Shown piece after piece: positions 10,194 to 20,180 of a stretch of DNA of 64,000 nucleotides. Each line of letters begins with the position of its first letter. Positions within the stretch are counted from its first letter, which is position 1. Origin of the DNA: an uncultured Gemmatimonadales bacterium (GTDB taxonomy: Bacteria; Gemmatimonadota; Gemmatimonadetes; Gemmatimonadales; GWC2-71-9). The translations under genes were made by a program, and so were the position numbers. The notes under the pieces are model-generated. The model did no database searches. It was not told the DNA's origin and worked only from the letters and a program-made list of their open reading frames with translations. Location: positions 32,001 to 96,000 of the forward strand of contig CAWJMT010000012.1 of assembly GCA_963844035.1 (NCBI GenBank), read 5' to 3'.

Positions 10194-11422
10194 GCGAAGT
10201 CGTGACGATCTCGGGGCTCGCCGCCGGGGGCGATGGCGTCGGCCACCTGGCCGATGGCCGGGCCGTGTTCGTGCCGCGCACGGTGCCGGGTGATTCGGTG
10301 GCCCTGCGCACCGGGGTGAAGCTGCATCGCAGCTTTGCGCGCGGCGAGGTGAGCGAAATTCTGCGCCCCGGTCCCGCGCGCGTCGCGCCTGCCTGCCCGC
10401 ACTTCGCCAAGGATCGCTGCGGCGGCTGCCAGTTTCAGCATCTCGCGTACGACGCGCAGCTCGCGGCGAAACGCGCCATCGTGGGCGACGCGTTACGGCG
10501 GATTGGCAAGCTCGATCTCCCAGACCCGGAGATCGTGGAAGCGATCGAGGAATGGCGCTATCGCTCGGAGATCACGCTGCACGCCGTGCGCTTGCCGGGC
10601 CGCGACGGGAATGTTGTCGGGATGCACCCCTACGGTCGTCCGGGGGCGGTGTTCTCGCTGCTCGACTGCCACGTCGCGGACTTCCGGCTGATGGCGCTGT
10701 GGCGCGAGGTGAAGCCGCGCCTCGCCATGCTGCCGCCCCGTCTCACCCGGCTGACGCTACGGCTCGATCGGGATGGCCGCCGGCATCTGATCGCGGAGTC
10801 TCCCGGGGAGCCGTGGCAGGACGCGCGGGCGCTCCGCGCCTTCATTCCCGATCTGATCTGCTGGTGGCATCCGGTCGATGGCGCGGCGCGCGTGGTGGCG
10901 GGACCGGTCACGGGGTTCCCCCCGACGGGGTTCGAGCAGACCAACGCGGAGATGGCGCTGCTCGCGCGCACCTGGGCGGTGGAGCAGCTCGGCGACCAGC
11001 GCGGCCGCGTGGTGTGGGACCTGTACAGTGGCATCGGTGACACGGCGACGCTGTTGGCGGCGCGGGGCGCGGAGGTGGTGAGCGTTGATGCCGACGAGAA
11101 GGCGGTCGAGTGGGCACGCCGGCGGCCCGTCACGGGGTCGGTGCGATTCATTGCCGCGCGCGTCGAGGATGTGCTCGCGACGCTCCCCGAGCCGCACGGT
11201 GCGCTCGTGAACCCGCCGCAGGAGGGGCTGCACTGGGACGTCACCTTGAAGCTGCGGGAGCAGCCCGCTGCCCGTCTGGTCTACATCTCACGCGATCCCG
11301 CGACGCTCGCACGCGACCTCCAGCGCTTGAGTGTGAACTACCACATCACCGCGCTCCGCGCGTTCGACCTGTTCCCGCAGACGGCGCAGGTCGAGACCGT
11401 CGCCGTGCTCGAGGCGGCATGA
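10190..11422 (+). CDS. RlmD/TrmA-family RNA m5U methyltransferase-like protein (TRAM domain, Fe-S motif) with degenerate catalytic motifs
   Basis: TRAM N-terminus, CPHFAKDRCGGCQ, FEQTN, DLYSGIG, YISRDPATLARD, DLFPQT. Confidence 0.85.
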   Translation: MSEVVTISGLAAGGDGVGHLADGRAVFVPRTVPGDSVALRTGVKLHRSFARGEVSEILRPGPARVAPACPHFAKDRCGGCQFQHLAYDAQLAAKRAIVGDALRRIGKLDLPDPEIVEAIEEWRYRSEITLHAVRLPGRDGNVVGMHPYGRPGAVFSLLDCHVADFRLMALWREVKPRLAMLPPRLTRLTLRLDRDGRRHLIAESPGEPWQDARALRAFIPDLICWWHPVDGAARVVAGPVTGFPPTGFEQTNAEMALLARTWAVEQLGDQRGRVVWDLYSGIGDTATLLAARGAEVVSVDADEKAVEWARRRPVTGSVRFIAARVEDVLATLPEPHGALVNPPQEGLHWDVTLKLREQPAARLVYISRDPATLARDLQRLSVNYHITALRAFDLFPQTAQVETVAVLEAA

Positions 11423-11940
11423 AATACTCCGTGAAGGTGGGGGAGCCGCCGCGCACCGTGGAAGTCGAGGTTACCGCCGAGGGCGTCAAGGTCGACGGCA
11501 AGCCGGTCGAGGCGCGCATGGTAGCGATACCGGGCACCCCGCTGTACCACCTCCTCCTCGGGGTGCAGTCCTGGACGGTGGCGGTGCAGGCGGTCGAGGA
11601 TGGGCGCTGGACGATGGGGGTGGCTGGCGAACGGGTGGCGGTCGAGGCGATGGATGAGCGCACCCGGCAAATCCGCGCCCTCGCAGGCGCTCGCCCGGTT
11701 CCGAAGGCTTCGGGGGCGGTGGTAGCGCCGATGCCGGGGTTGGTCGTGCGGGTGCTGGTGGTCGCCGGCCAGCAGGTCGAGGCGGGAGAGGGTCTCGTCG
11801 TGGTCGAGGCGATGAAGATGGAAAACGAGCTGCGGGCGGCCAGAGCGGGGGTGGTCGCCAAGGTGCACGTGGACGTGGGACAGGTGGTCGAGAAGGGCGC
11901 CCCGCTCGTTACCCTCGGAGAGCCAGAAACCAAGGTGTAG
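11419..11940 (+). CDS. Biotin carboxyl carrier protein subunit
   Basis: APMPGLVVRV...VEAMKMENEL biotinylation motif. ATGA overlap. Confidence 0.93.
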   Translation: MKYSVKVGEPPRTVEVEVTAEGVKVDGKPVEARMVAIPGTPLYHLLLGVQSWTVAVQAVEDGRWTMGVAGERVAVEAMDERTRQIRALAGARPVPKASGAVVAPMPGLVVRVLVVAGQQVEAGEGLVVVEAMKMENELRAARAGVVAKVHVDVGQVVEKGAPLVTLGEPETKV

Positions 11941-12035
11941 TCGGATTGTGGCCGGAGCGTTACAAACGCGCCACCGAGCCGTCGCCCGCCCGGGCGATGA
12001 TGGTCCCGAAGCCCACACCTACTTCGGGAGGATCG

Positions 12036-13401
12036 ATGCCTCGTCGCTTCACCAGCCCTCTATTCAATGCGGTCGCCGTCGCCGCCGTGCTCGGCGCGGC
12101 CTGCCGCGATGTCTCGACCACGGCGGGACAGACGCCTGAGAGCGCCGCACCCCTGGCGTTCGAAGCGCACGCCGTCGATTTCAATTTTTCCGATCCTGAC
12201 GCCTTCGTCCCGCTCGACACGTCAACGGCCTGCACGGCGGGCGGCGGACTCGAGCAGATCCTGTTGCCGCCCGGCTTCGTCGCGACGATCATCGCCTCGG
12301 AGCCCGCGTTCGCGGACGTACCCGATATGAACACCCTCAACGAGACGGGGTCGCAGGCCGGCCGGTTCCTCTATCGGACGCACGAAACGGGAAGCAACTC
12401 CCCCGTCTCGGTGACCGACCTCGAGACCGGAGCCACCCACACGTTGGCGCAGCGCGCCGATTGGGAGCGGTTCGACGGCATCGCGTGGACTCCGTGGGGG
12501 ACGATTCTCGCGGCCGAAGAGGCAGCTCCCGCGGCGCGGCCCGATACCGCTGTCCCCGGCGGCCTGAACGGGTTCGTCTATGAGATCGACCCGACGAGCG
12601 GTGCCGCCACCGTGCGTCCGGCGATCGGCTCGAAGTCGCACGAGGGAATGCGGTTCGACGAGCGCGGCAACCTGTACACCATTTCGGAGCGGAGCCCCGG
12701 GCTACATCTACCGCTTCACGCCGGACCACCCCCACGACTTGAGCAGCGGCCAGCTGTCCGTCATGAAGCTGGTGGAAGACATGGGCGATCGGACGGGGTG
12801 GGGCGTGTGGGTGCCGCTCGACCGCGTGCAGGTGCGCCTGAACGCCGATGCCGCGGCCGACTCGGCCGGCGCCACCGGCTACGCTCGTCCCGAGGACGTC
12901 GAGACGGGCACGAGCACCGGCAATGACCGGCGCGGTGGCCGCATGCTCTACGTGGCGGTCACGGGCGAAGACCGCGTGCTGGCGATCGACCTGGACGCCG
13001 GCAGAGGACCACGGCGCGGCCAGGTGTTCGTGAGCGACTATGTGCGCGACGGTCTCAACGCACCCGCGGCGTTCGACTTCCCGGACAACCTGGCGCTCGA
13101 CCGGGACGGCAACCTCTTCATCACCGAGGATCCGGGTGGGACGGCGCCGGCCAAGACCCGGGGCGACGATGTCTGGTTCGCATCATTCGAGCGCTCGACG
13201 CCCGGGCGGGCCGGCAGCGTCTCGCGGTTCTTCTCGATCACGGACTGCAACGCGGAGCCGACGGGCATCTACTTCAGCAAGTCGGGCCGCTCGTTGTTCG
13301 TGAACATCCAGCACCGCGGCGGCGACGGGCGTGACGCGTCGATCGCCGTGCAGCGGATCGCCAAGGTGGACTTCCAGGTCGTGGGCGGCGCGGCCAAGTA
13401 A
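12036..13401 (+). CDS. PhoX/DUF839-like beta-propeller lipoprotein, putative alkaline phosphatase (frameshift near 12700)
   Basis: GGAGG RBS, lipobox LGAAC, WTPWGTILAAEE, SHEG, RPEDVE, PDNLALD, EPTGIYFS, LFVNIQH. Confidence 0.8.
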
Positions 13402-13492
13402 GGCGCGCTCTCCCAGGAAGCGCACGGCCGCGCTCCACCGGACTGGTGGGGCGCGGCCGGTTTGCGTCCCCGGAACGGGGCGAACCCTGTGG

Positions 13493-13522
13493 TTGACAGG
13501 GTCTTACGGCTCGTGGTATAGT
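13493..13522 (+). promoter_or_regulatory. Sigma70-type promoter of rplM-rpsI
   Basis: TTGACA-N18-TATAGT with an extended -10 TG. Confidence 0.8.
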
Positions 13523-13558
13523 ACTCGGCTGCGACATTCTCGAAACAAGTTCGGGGAC

Positions 13559-14003
13559 ATGAATACGTTCACATTGCGATCCGAAGACATGCAAACACCG
13601 CTGGTTCGTGCTCGACGCCGCCGGGGAACCGCTCGGCCGGTTGGCGAGCCGCGTCGCCCAGGTGCTGCGTGGCAAGCACAAGCCGACGTTCACGCCGCAC
13701 GTCAACGGCGGCGACTGCGTGATCGTGGTCAACGCCGAGCGGGTGATGCTGACCGGACGGAAGATGGAGCAGAAGCAGTACTTCCGGCACACCGGCTACA
13801 TGGGCCACGAGCGGTTCACGCCCGTGAAGACGATGCTCGCGAAACATCCCGAGCTGGTCATCGAGAAAGCGGTCTGGGGCATGCTGCCCAAGACGACGCT
13901 GTCACGTCAGAAGGTGAAACAGATGCTCAAGGTGTACGCCGGACCGACCCATCCGCACGCGGCTCAGCAGCCCGAGCCGTTCGCATTGGCCAAGGTGAAG
14001 TGA
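13559..14003 (+). CDS. rplM: 50S ribosomal protein L13 (frameshift near 13595)
   Basis: WFVLDAAGEPLGRLAS, LRGKHKPTFTPH, GMLPK, HPHAAQQP. Confidence 0.97.
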
Positions 14004-14004
14004 C

Positions 14005-14409
14005 ATGAGCGCGATCACGCCGGAGCTGCGCTGGCACGCCATCGGCCGCCGCAAGGTGGCCGTTGCCCGCGTCTATCTGACGCCGGGCTCGGGAAAGTGG
14101 AATATCAACGGCCGTACGCTGGGCGACTATTTTCCGCGACCGTCGCTCGTGTCGCACATTCAGCAGTCGTTCACCGCGACCGACACGTTGGGGGCGTTCG
14201 ACGTGAAGGCGATCGTGAAGGGCGGCGGGCTGACGGGGCAGGCGGGCGGGATACGCCTGGCGATCGCGCGCGCCTTGTGCCTCGCGGACGAGCGCCATCG
14301 GAAAAAGCTGCGCGAGAATGGCCTGCTGACGCGCGATCCGCGTGCCGTCGAGCGCAAGAAGCCGGGACGAGCGGGCGCGCGGAAGCGGTTCCAGTTCAGT
14401 AAGAGATAG
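14005..14409 (+). CDS. rpsI: 30S ribosomal protein S9
   Basis: GRRK, GGGLTGQAG, ERKKPG...ARKRFQFSKR. Confidence 0.98.
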   Translation: MSAITPELRWHAIGRRKVAVARVYLTPGSGKWNINGRTLGDYFPRPSLVSHIQQSFTATDTLGAFDVKAIVKGGGLTGQAGGIRLAIARALCLADERHRKKLRENGLLTRDPRAVERKKPGRAGARKRFQFSKR

Positions 14410-14412
14410 AAA

Positions 14413-14485
14413 CAGGTGTCAGGTGTGAGGTGCCAGGTGTCAGGTTTCTGAAACCCTGACACCTGAAACCCGACACCTGACACCT
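14413..14485. repeat. Inverted pair of 7-bp tandem arrays (CAGGTGT / GACACCT)
   Basis: CAGGTGT CAGGTGT GAGGTGC CAGGTGT CAGGTTT, then GAAACCCT GACACCT GAAACCC GACACCT GACACCT. Confidence 0.9.
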
Positions 14486-14490
14486 AAAAT

Positions 14491-14587
14491 CCACACGCTG
14501 CCCGATCCGGTCGCGGGTCCCCGCCTTCGCGGCGGGGTTCGACCGGAGATGACGGCAGCGGCGGAACGAACCCAGAAAGGGAGGGGC
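14491..14587 (+). promoter_or_regulatory. Structured rpsB 5' leader (putative S2 autoregulatory element)
   Basis: Nested stems CGCTGCC/GGCAGCG, TCCGGTCG/CGACCGGA and CCCCGCC/GGCGGGG directly upstream of rpsB. Confidence 0.6.
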
Positions 14588-15476
14588 ATGACACAACCGC
14601 AGTTACAGGACCTGCTCGAGGCCGGGGTACACTTCGGCCACCAGACCCGCCGTTGGAATCCCAAGATGCGCCGCTTCATCTTCGCCGAGCGCAGCGGCAT
14701 CTACATCATCGACCTGCAGAAGACGCTGCGCCAGCTCGAGCTCGCGCAGGAGCTGTTGCGCGGCGTGGTGCTCAAGGGCGAAGGCGTGATGTTCGTCTGC
14801 ACCAAGCGCCAGCTCAAGCTCATCCTCCAGAGCGAGGCGCAGCGCTGCGGCGCGTACTACGTCACCGAGCGCTGGCTGGGCGGTACGCTGACCAACTTCC
14901 AGACGATCAAGAAGCAGATCAAGCGGCTCAAGGATCTGGAGCAGGGCGCGACCGAAGGCGAGTTCCAGAACTACACCAAGAAAGAACAGCTGCTGTTCGA
15001 GCGTGAGCGCATCAAGCTCGACAAGTATTTGTCGGGGATCAAGAACATGGGCCGCCTGCCCGGCGCGCTGTTCATCGTGGACGCCAAGAAAGAGCGGATC
15101 GCGGTGGCGGAGGCGAGAAAACTGGGCATCCCCGTGGTGGCGATGGTCGATACCAACGCCGATCCGGACGTGATTACGGTACCGGTCCCCGGAAACGACG
15201 ATGCGATCCGGGCGGTCTCGCTGATCACCGGCGCGGTGGCCGACATGATCTCCGAAGCCCGGCGGCAGGTGCCGACGCGCGACGAGCGCCGAGGATGCCG
15301 ACTCGGTCACGTATTCGACCGAAACGGGTGTCGAGGCAGAGGCGGGGGCGGAGGGCGACCGCAAGCGGCAGCCGGCGCGCCGCAAGCGGCGGCCCAAGCC
15401 CGGCGCGATCGCTGCCCAGATGAAAACTGACGACTCTCCGGCTTCGGCGGAATCGAGCGGTGGGGGCGAAGCCTAG
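14588..15476 (+). CDS. rpsB: 30S ribosomal protein S2 (frameshift near 15288)
   Basis: LLEAGVHFGHQTRRWNPKM, RWLGGTLTNF, DTNADP, PGNDDAIR. Confidence 0.97.
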
Positions 15477-15504
15477 CCGCCGGGTTGCGTCGTACGATCA
15501 ACCT

Positions 15505-15543
15505 CGCCGCCCTCCGGCCCCACGGCGTGAGGGCGGCGTTTTT
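15505..15543 (+). terminator. Terminator/attenuator hairpin between rpsB and tsf
   Basis: CGCCGCCCTC...GAGGGCGGCG followed by TTTTT. Confidence 0.65.
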
Positions 15544-15557
15544 ATGAGGAGTGACGC

Positions 15558-16167
15558 GTGTCGAGTGTGAAAGAAATTATCGGCAAAGATGGTGGCGGAG
15601 CTGCGGAACCGGACCGGCGCCGGCATGATGGACTGCAAGAAGGCGCTCGAGGAGACGGGCGGAGATCTGGACAAGGCGGTCGAGCTGCTGCGCACGAAGA
15701 ACATCGCCAAGGCCGACAAGCGCGCCGGTCGCGACGCAGCCGAAGGGCTGATCGACACCTACGTGCACTTCAACGGCAAGATCGGCGTGCTCGTCGAGCT
15801 CAACTGCGAGACCGATTTCGTGGCGCGCACCGACGACTTCCGGCAGCTCGCCAAGGACGTGTGCCTGCACGTCGCCTCCACCAACCCGCTGACGGTCCGG
15901 ATCGAAGATCTCCCCAAGGAGGTGGTGGACACCGAGCGGCGCATCTACGAGGCCCAGGTGTCCGAGGAAAAGAAGCCGGACGCGGTGCGCGTGAAGATCG
16001 TCGACGGCCGCCTCCGGAAGTTCTACGAGGAGCGCGTGCTGCTCGAGCAGAAGTTCGTGAAGGACGACTCGCTGACGGTGGGCGACCTCGTCAAGCAGCT
16101 CGCGGCCCGGACCGGCGAGAACGTCCAGGTCCGGCGCTTCGCGCGCTTCGAGCTCGGAGGCGCCTGA
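15558..16167 (+). CDS. tsf: Elongation factor Ts, short form (frameshift near 15578)
   Basis: ELRNRTGAGMMDCKKAL, ELNCETDFVA, RRFARFELG. Confidence 0.96.
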
Positions 16168-16905
16168 GTGGCATCTACCCCCAAGCTCGCGTACCCGCGC
16201 GCGCTCCTCAAGATTTCGGGTGAGGGGTTCGCGGGGGAGCGATCGGGGGCGACGGCGGGAGCCGGGATCGACTTCGGCGTCATCGAGCGGCTGACCGACG
16301 AGCTGAAGAGCGTGGCCTCGCTGGGCGTGCAGCTCGGCCTCGTGGTGGGCGGGGGCAACATTCTGCGCGGCACCACCGCCAGCCAGCAGGGGATGGACCG
16401 CGTCTCGGCGGACTACATGGGGATGCTCGCGACGGTGATCAACGCGCTCGCCCTCCAGGACATGCTGGAGAAGAAGGGCGTGGATACGCGGGTGATGACG
16501 GCGATCCGCATGGAAGAGCTGGCCGAGCCCTACATCCGGCGCCGGGCGCTGCGCCACCTCGAGAAGGGCCGGGTGGTGATCTTCGCGGGCGGGACCGGCA
16601 ACCCGTACTTTTCCACCGACACCGCGGCGGTGCTGCGCGCGCTCGAGATCGAAGCCCGCGTGCTGCTCAAGGCCACGAACGTGGACGGCGTCTTCACCGC
16701 CGACCCCAAACGAGACCCCAAGGCCAAGTTCATTCCGGAGCTGTCGTTCCAGGAGGCGATCGTGAACGGGTACGCCGTGATGGACGCCAATGCGTTCGGT
16801 CTGTGCAAGGAGAACCGGTTGCCGATTGTCGTGTTCAATATCAACCAGCCCGGCGCGACCGCCAAAGTGCTGGCGGGTGAGCGCGTCGGCACGATCGTCC
16901 AATGA
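16168..16905 (+). CDS. pyrH: UMP kinase
   Basis: [38 protein letters not shown]. Confidence 0.97.
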   Translation: MASTPKLAYPRALLKISGEGFAGERSGATAGAGIDFGVIERLTDELKSVASLGVQLGLVVGGGNILRGTTASQQGMDRVSADYMGMLATVINALALQDMLEKKGVDTRVMTAIRMEELAEPYIRRRALRHLEKGRVVIFAGGTGNPYFSTDTAAVLRALEIEARVLLKATNVDGVFTADPKRDPKAKFIPELSFQEAIVNGYAVMDANAFGLCKENRLPIVVFNINQPGATAKVLAGERVGTIVQ

Positions 16906-17454
16906 CCCTCGCCGACGACGCCAAACACGTCAAGCAGCTGATGGGCAAGGCCGTGGACGCGGTCAGGCGCGAGTTCGCGACCGTGCGCACCGGGAAGGCG
17001 AGCGACCGCGCTGCTCGATCTCGTCCGCGTGGACGCGTACGGCAGCGAGATGCCGCTGAACCAGGTGGCCAGCGTGTCGGCCCCGGAGCCGCGCCTGCTG
17101 ACCGTGCAGCCCTGGGACCGCGGCCTGATCAAGGCCGTCGAGAAGGCGATCATGACGTCGGACCTGGGATTGACCCCGTCGAGCGACGGCCAGCTGATCC
17201 GCATCCCCCTGCCGCCGCTGACCGAGGAGCGGCGCAAGGAGCTGGTGAAGGTCGTGCATCGCTTCGCCGAGGAGGGGCGCGTCGCGATCCGCCACGCGCG
17301 CACCGAGGGGATCAGCAAGATCAAGAAGACCGAGCACGTCTCCGACGACGAGAAGAAGCACGCCGAGAAGGAAATCCAGAAGCTGCACGACGATCACATC
17401 AAGCACGTCGAAGAGATCTTGAAGGCCAAGGAGGCCGAGATCCTCGAGGTCTAA
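16902..17454 (+). CDS. frr: Ribosome recycling factor (frameshift near 17005)
   Basis: [28 protein letters not shown]. Confidence 0.96.
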
Positions 17455-17456
17455 CG

Positions 17457-18197
17457 ATGCCCGACGAACTTCTCGCGCAGATCCGGCGCCACGGAGCCGT
17501 ACCGCACCACGTGGCGATCATCATGGACGGCAGCGGGCGCTGGGCGCGCAAGCGGCGCCTGCCGCGCCCGTTCGGACACCGCGCCGGGATGAAGTCCGTG
17601 CACGAAGTGGTCGAGGGCGCGATCGAGGCCGGTCTCGAGGTGCTCACGCTGTTCGCCTTCTCCAACGAGAACTGGCAGCGGCCCGCCACCGAGATCGACG
17701 CGCTGATGAGTCTGCTCGAGGAATACATCGGTCGCGAGGAAGAAGAGCTCAAGAAACAGGGTGTCGCCGTCCACGTGCTGGGCGAGCGCACGCGGCTCGG
17801 CCCGGGGGCGCGCGCGGCGGTCGAGCGCCTCGAGGGAAACACCCGCGACGGTCAGCGGCTCTCGCTCAACCTCTGCATCTCCTACTCCGCCCGGGCGGAG
17901 CTGGCGCGCGCGGCGCGTCTGCTCGCCGAGGAAGTGGTCCGCGGCACCAAGCGGCTCGAGGACATCGATGAAGAGGCCCTGCGCGAAAAGCTCTACACCG
18001 CGCCGTGGCGCGACCCCGACCTCCTGATCCGCACATCGGGGGAGGCCCGGCTCTCCAATTTCCTGCTGTGGCAGCTCGCGTACACCGAGCTGTACATCTC
18101 GCCCGTGCTGTGGCCGGACGTCACGCGCCACGTGCTGTTTCAGGCGATCCTGGATTATCAACGACGCGAGCGTCGGTTCGGCAAAGTCACGGCCTGA
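17457..18197 (+). CDS. uppS: Undecaprenyl diphosphate synthase
   Basis: HVAIIMDGSGRWA, AFSNENWQRP, DLLIRTSGEARLSNFLLWQ. Confidence 0.95.
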   Translation: MPDELLAQIRRHGAVPHHVAIIMDGSGRWARKRRLPRPFGHRAGMKSVHEVVEGAIEAGLEVLTLFAFSNENWQRPATEIDALMSLLEEYIGREEEELKKQGVAVHVLGERTRLGPGARAAVERLEGNTRDGQRLSLNLCISYSARAELARAARLLAEEVVRGTKRLEDIDEEALREKLYTAPWRDPDLLIRTSGEARLSNFLLWQLAYTELYISPVLWPDVTRHVLFQAILDYQRRERRFGKVTA

Positions 18198-19054
18198 TGT
18201 CTCGCAATCTCCTGGCGCGGATCGCGTTCGCGGTGCCGGCCATCGGACTCACGGTCTTCATCTTGTGGCGCGGCGGGTGGCTGTTGGCGGCCCTGCTCGG
18301 CGCGCTGGGGGTGCTGGGGACGCGCGAGCTGTATGCCTTCGCCCGCCGCCAGGGCATTGCCCCGCTCGATACGCTGGGCTATCTCGGCGCGGCGTGTATC
18401 CCGTTCGCGGCGACCTGGGTGACGGAGACGGACTCGCTGTGGGTCGGCCCGATGCTCGCGCTGGGCGCGCTCTGGCTGCTGGCCGTCCTCATCGCGGCCG
18501 CGGTCCGGGGACCCGAGCACCGGCCGCTCAGCGTCGTCGCCGTCACGGTGTTCGGCTGTCTGTACGCCTCCGCATTGCTCGCGTTCATCATCCCCATACG
18601 GCACGGCATCCACAGCGAGGCGCACCCGTTGGCGTCGACGGCGCTGGTGCTGTTCCCGCTGGTCCTCACCTGGATCGGCGACACCTGCGCGATGGCGGGA
18701 GGGTCGTTGTTCGGGGGCGCGAAGCTGGCCCCGGTGCTGTCGCCGCGTAAGACGTGGTCGGGCGCGGTGGCGGGCGTCGTCGGCGCGCTGGTCGCCGCGC
18801 TGGTGTTCGGGCGCTGGATCCTCACCCGGTTCGCGCTGGACCTTCCCGCGCTGCAGCTGCTCATCATCGGGGTGATCGTCGCCGTGGCGGCGCAGGTGGG
18901 CGACGTGGTCGAGTCGCTCTTCAAGCGCGAAGTGGGCCTCAAGGACTCGTCGGCGCTGATCCCGGGCCACGGCGGCGTGCTCGACCGGCTGGACGCGCTG
19001 TATTTCGTCGTGCCCGTGAGCGCGACGCTCTTCTGGGTGTTCGGCCTCGTATGA
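18197..19054 (+). CDS. cdsA: Phosphatidate cytidylyltransferase
   Basis: Multi-TM protein with SPRKTWSG and ESLFKREVGLKDSSALIPGHGGVLDRLD. Confidence 0.95.
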   Translation: MSRNLLARIAFAVPAIGLTVFILWRGGWLLAALLGALGVLGTRELYAFARRQGIAPLDTLGYLGAACIPFAATWVTETDSLWVGPMLALGALWLLAVLIAAAVRGPEHRPLSVVAVTVFGCLYASALLAFIIPIRHGIHSEAHPLASTALVLFPLVLTWIGDTCAMAGGSLFGGAKLAPVLSPRKTWSGAVAGVVGALVAALVFGRWILTRFALDLPALQLLIIGVIVAVAAQVGDVVESLFKREVGLKDSSALIPGHGGVLDRLDALYFVVPVSATLFWVFGLV

Positions 19055-20180
19055 CCACGGGCGTGGCGGTGCTCGGCTCCACCGGGTCGATCGGCACCTC
19101 GGCGCTGCAGGTGCTCGCCCGCCAGCGCGAGCGCTTCCGGGTGGTCGCCTTGACCGCTCACTCGAATGCCGGCCTGCTCGACCACCAGGCAAAGGAGTGG
19201 CAGCCGGCGTATGTCGGGATCGTCAATGGCGGGACGGGGGACGGGGGACGGGGGAAGGGTACGGCATGCCTTGTGGAAGCCGCCACGCGACCTGACGTTG
19301 ATATTGTCATCAACGGCATCGTGGGTGCGGCCGGGCTCGAGGCGACGCTCGCCGCATTGTGCGCCGGGAAACGGGTGGCGCTCGCCAACAAGGAGAGTCT
19401 GGTGATGGCCGGCGAGCTGGTCACGCGCGCCGCGCGCCAGGGGGGCGGTGAGATCGTACCGGTGGACTCGGAGCACAGCGCCGTGCTGCAGTGTCTCACC
19501 GGGCGCAGGCCCGGCGACGTCGCCAGCCTGACGCTGACCGCCTCTGGGGGCCCGTTCCGCACCTGGACGCCGGAGCGCGTAGCCGACGCCACGATCGAAG
19601 CGGCGCTCCAGCACCCGACGTGGCGGATGGGCCGCAAGATCACGGTGGACTCCGCGACGCTCGTCAACAAGGCCCTCGAGGTGATCGAAGCGCACTACCT
19701 GTTCGGCGTCGAGTACGACCAAGTCAGGGTCGTGGTGCATCCGCAGTCGCTCGTGCACGCGCTGGTCGAGTTCGTGGACGGATCGGTGTTGGCCCAGATC
19801 GGATTTCCAACGATGGAGGTACCGATTCTGTACGCGCTGACCCACCCGGAGCGTGTCCCTGACGACGGCACGCGCCGCTTCGACCCCGTGGCCGCCGAGA
19901 CACTCACCTTCGAGCCGGTGCGCCACGAGCTGTACCCCGCGTACCAGCTGGGGCGCGAGGCGGCGCTCGCCGCGGGGGACGCTGCCGGCGGCGTTCAACG
20001 CGGCGAACGAAGTCGCCGTGCAGCGGTTTCTCGACGGCAAGATCCGCTTCGGCCAGATCGCGCGCATCATCGACGCGGTGCTGACGGACGACGCAGTCGG
20101 GGGACGCTCAGTCCCTGGACGGCGTTCTGGCCGCCGACGCCGAGGCACGGCGGATGGCCTGGGAGGTCGCATGCTCCTGA
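19051..20180 (+). CDS. dxr: 1-deoxy-D-xylulose 5-phosphate reductoisomerase (frameshifts near 19975 and 20110)
   Basis: LGSTGSIG, LANKESLV, PVDSEH, HPTWRMGRKITVDSATL, NAANE. Confidence 0.95.
19231..19258 (+). repeat. 4 x 7-bp GGGACGG array inside dxr
   Basis: GGGACGG GGGACGG GGGACGG GGGAAGG. Confidence 0.85.

Noticed and set aside
11959..11975. Pho-box-like GTTACA-N5-GCCACC upstream of the PhoX-like gene
   Set aside because: Too degenerate to support without a motif model.
16902..18197. Apparent Frr-UppS fusion ORF (likewise dusB-larB, ald-dut and lysA-guaA run-through ORFs)
   Set aside because: These are artefacts of frameshifts that move an upstream gene into the downstream frame.
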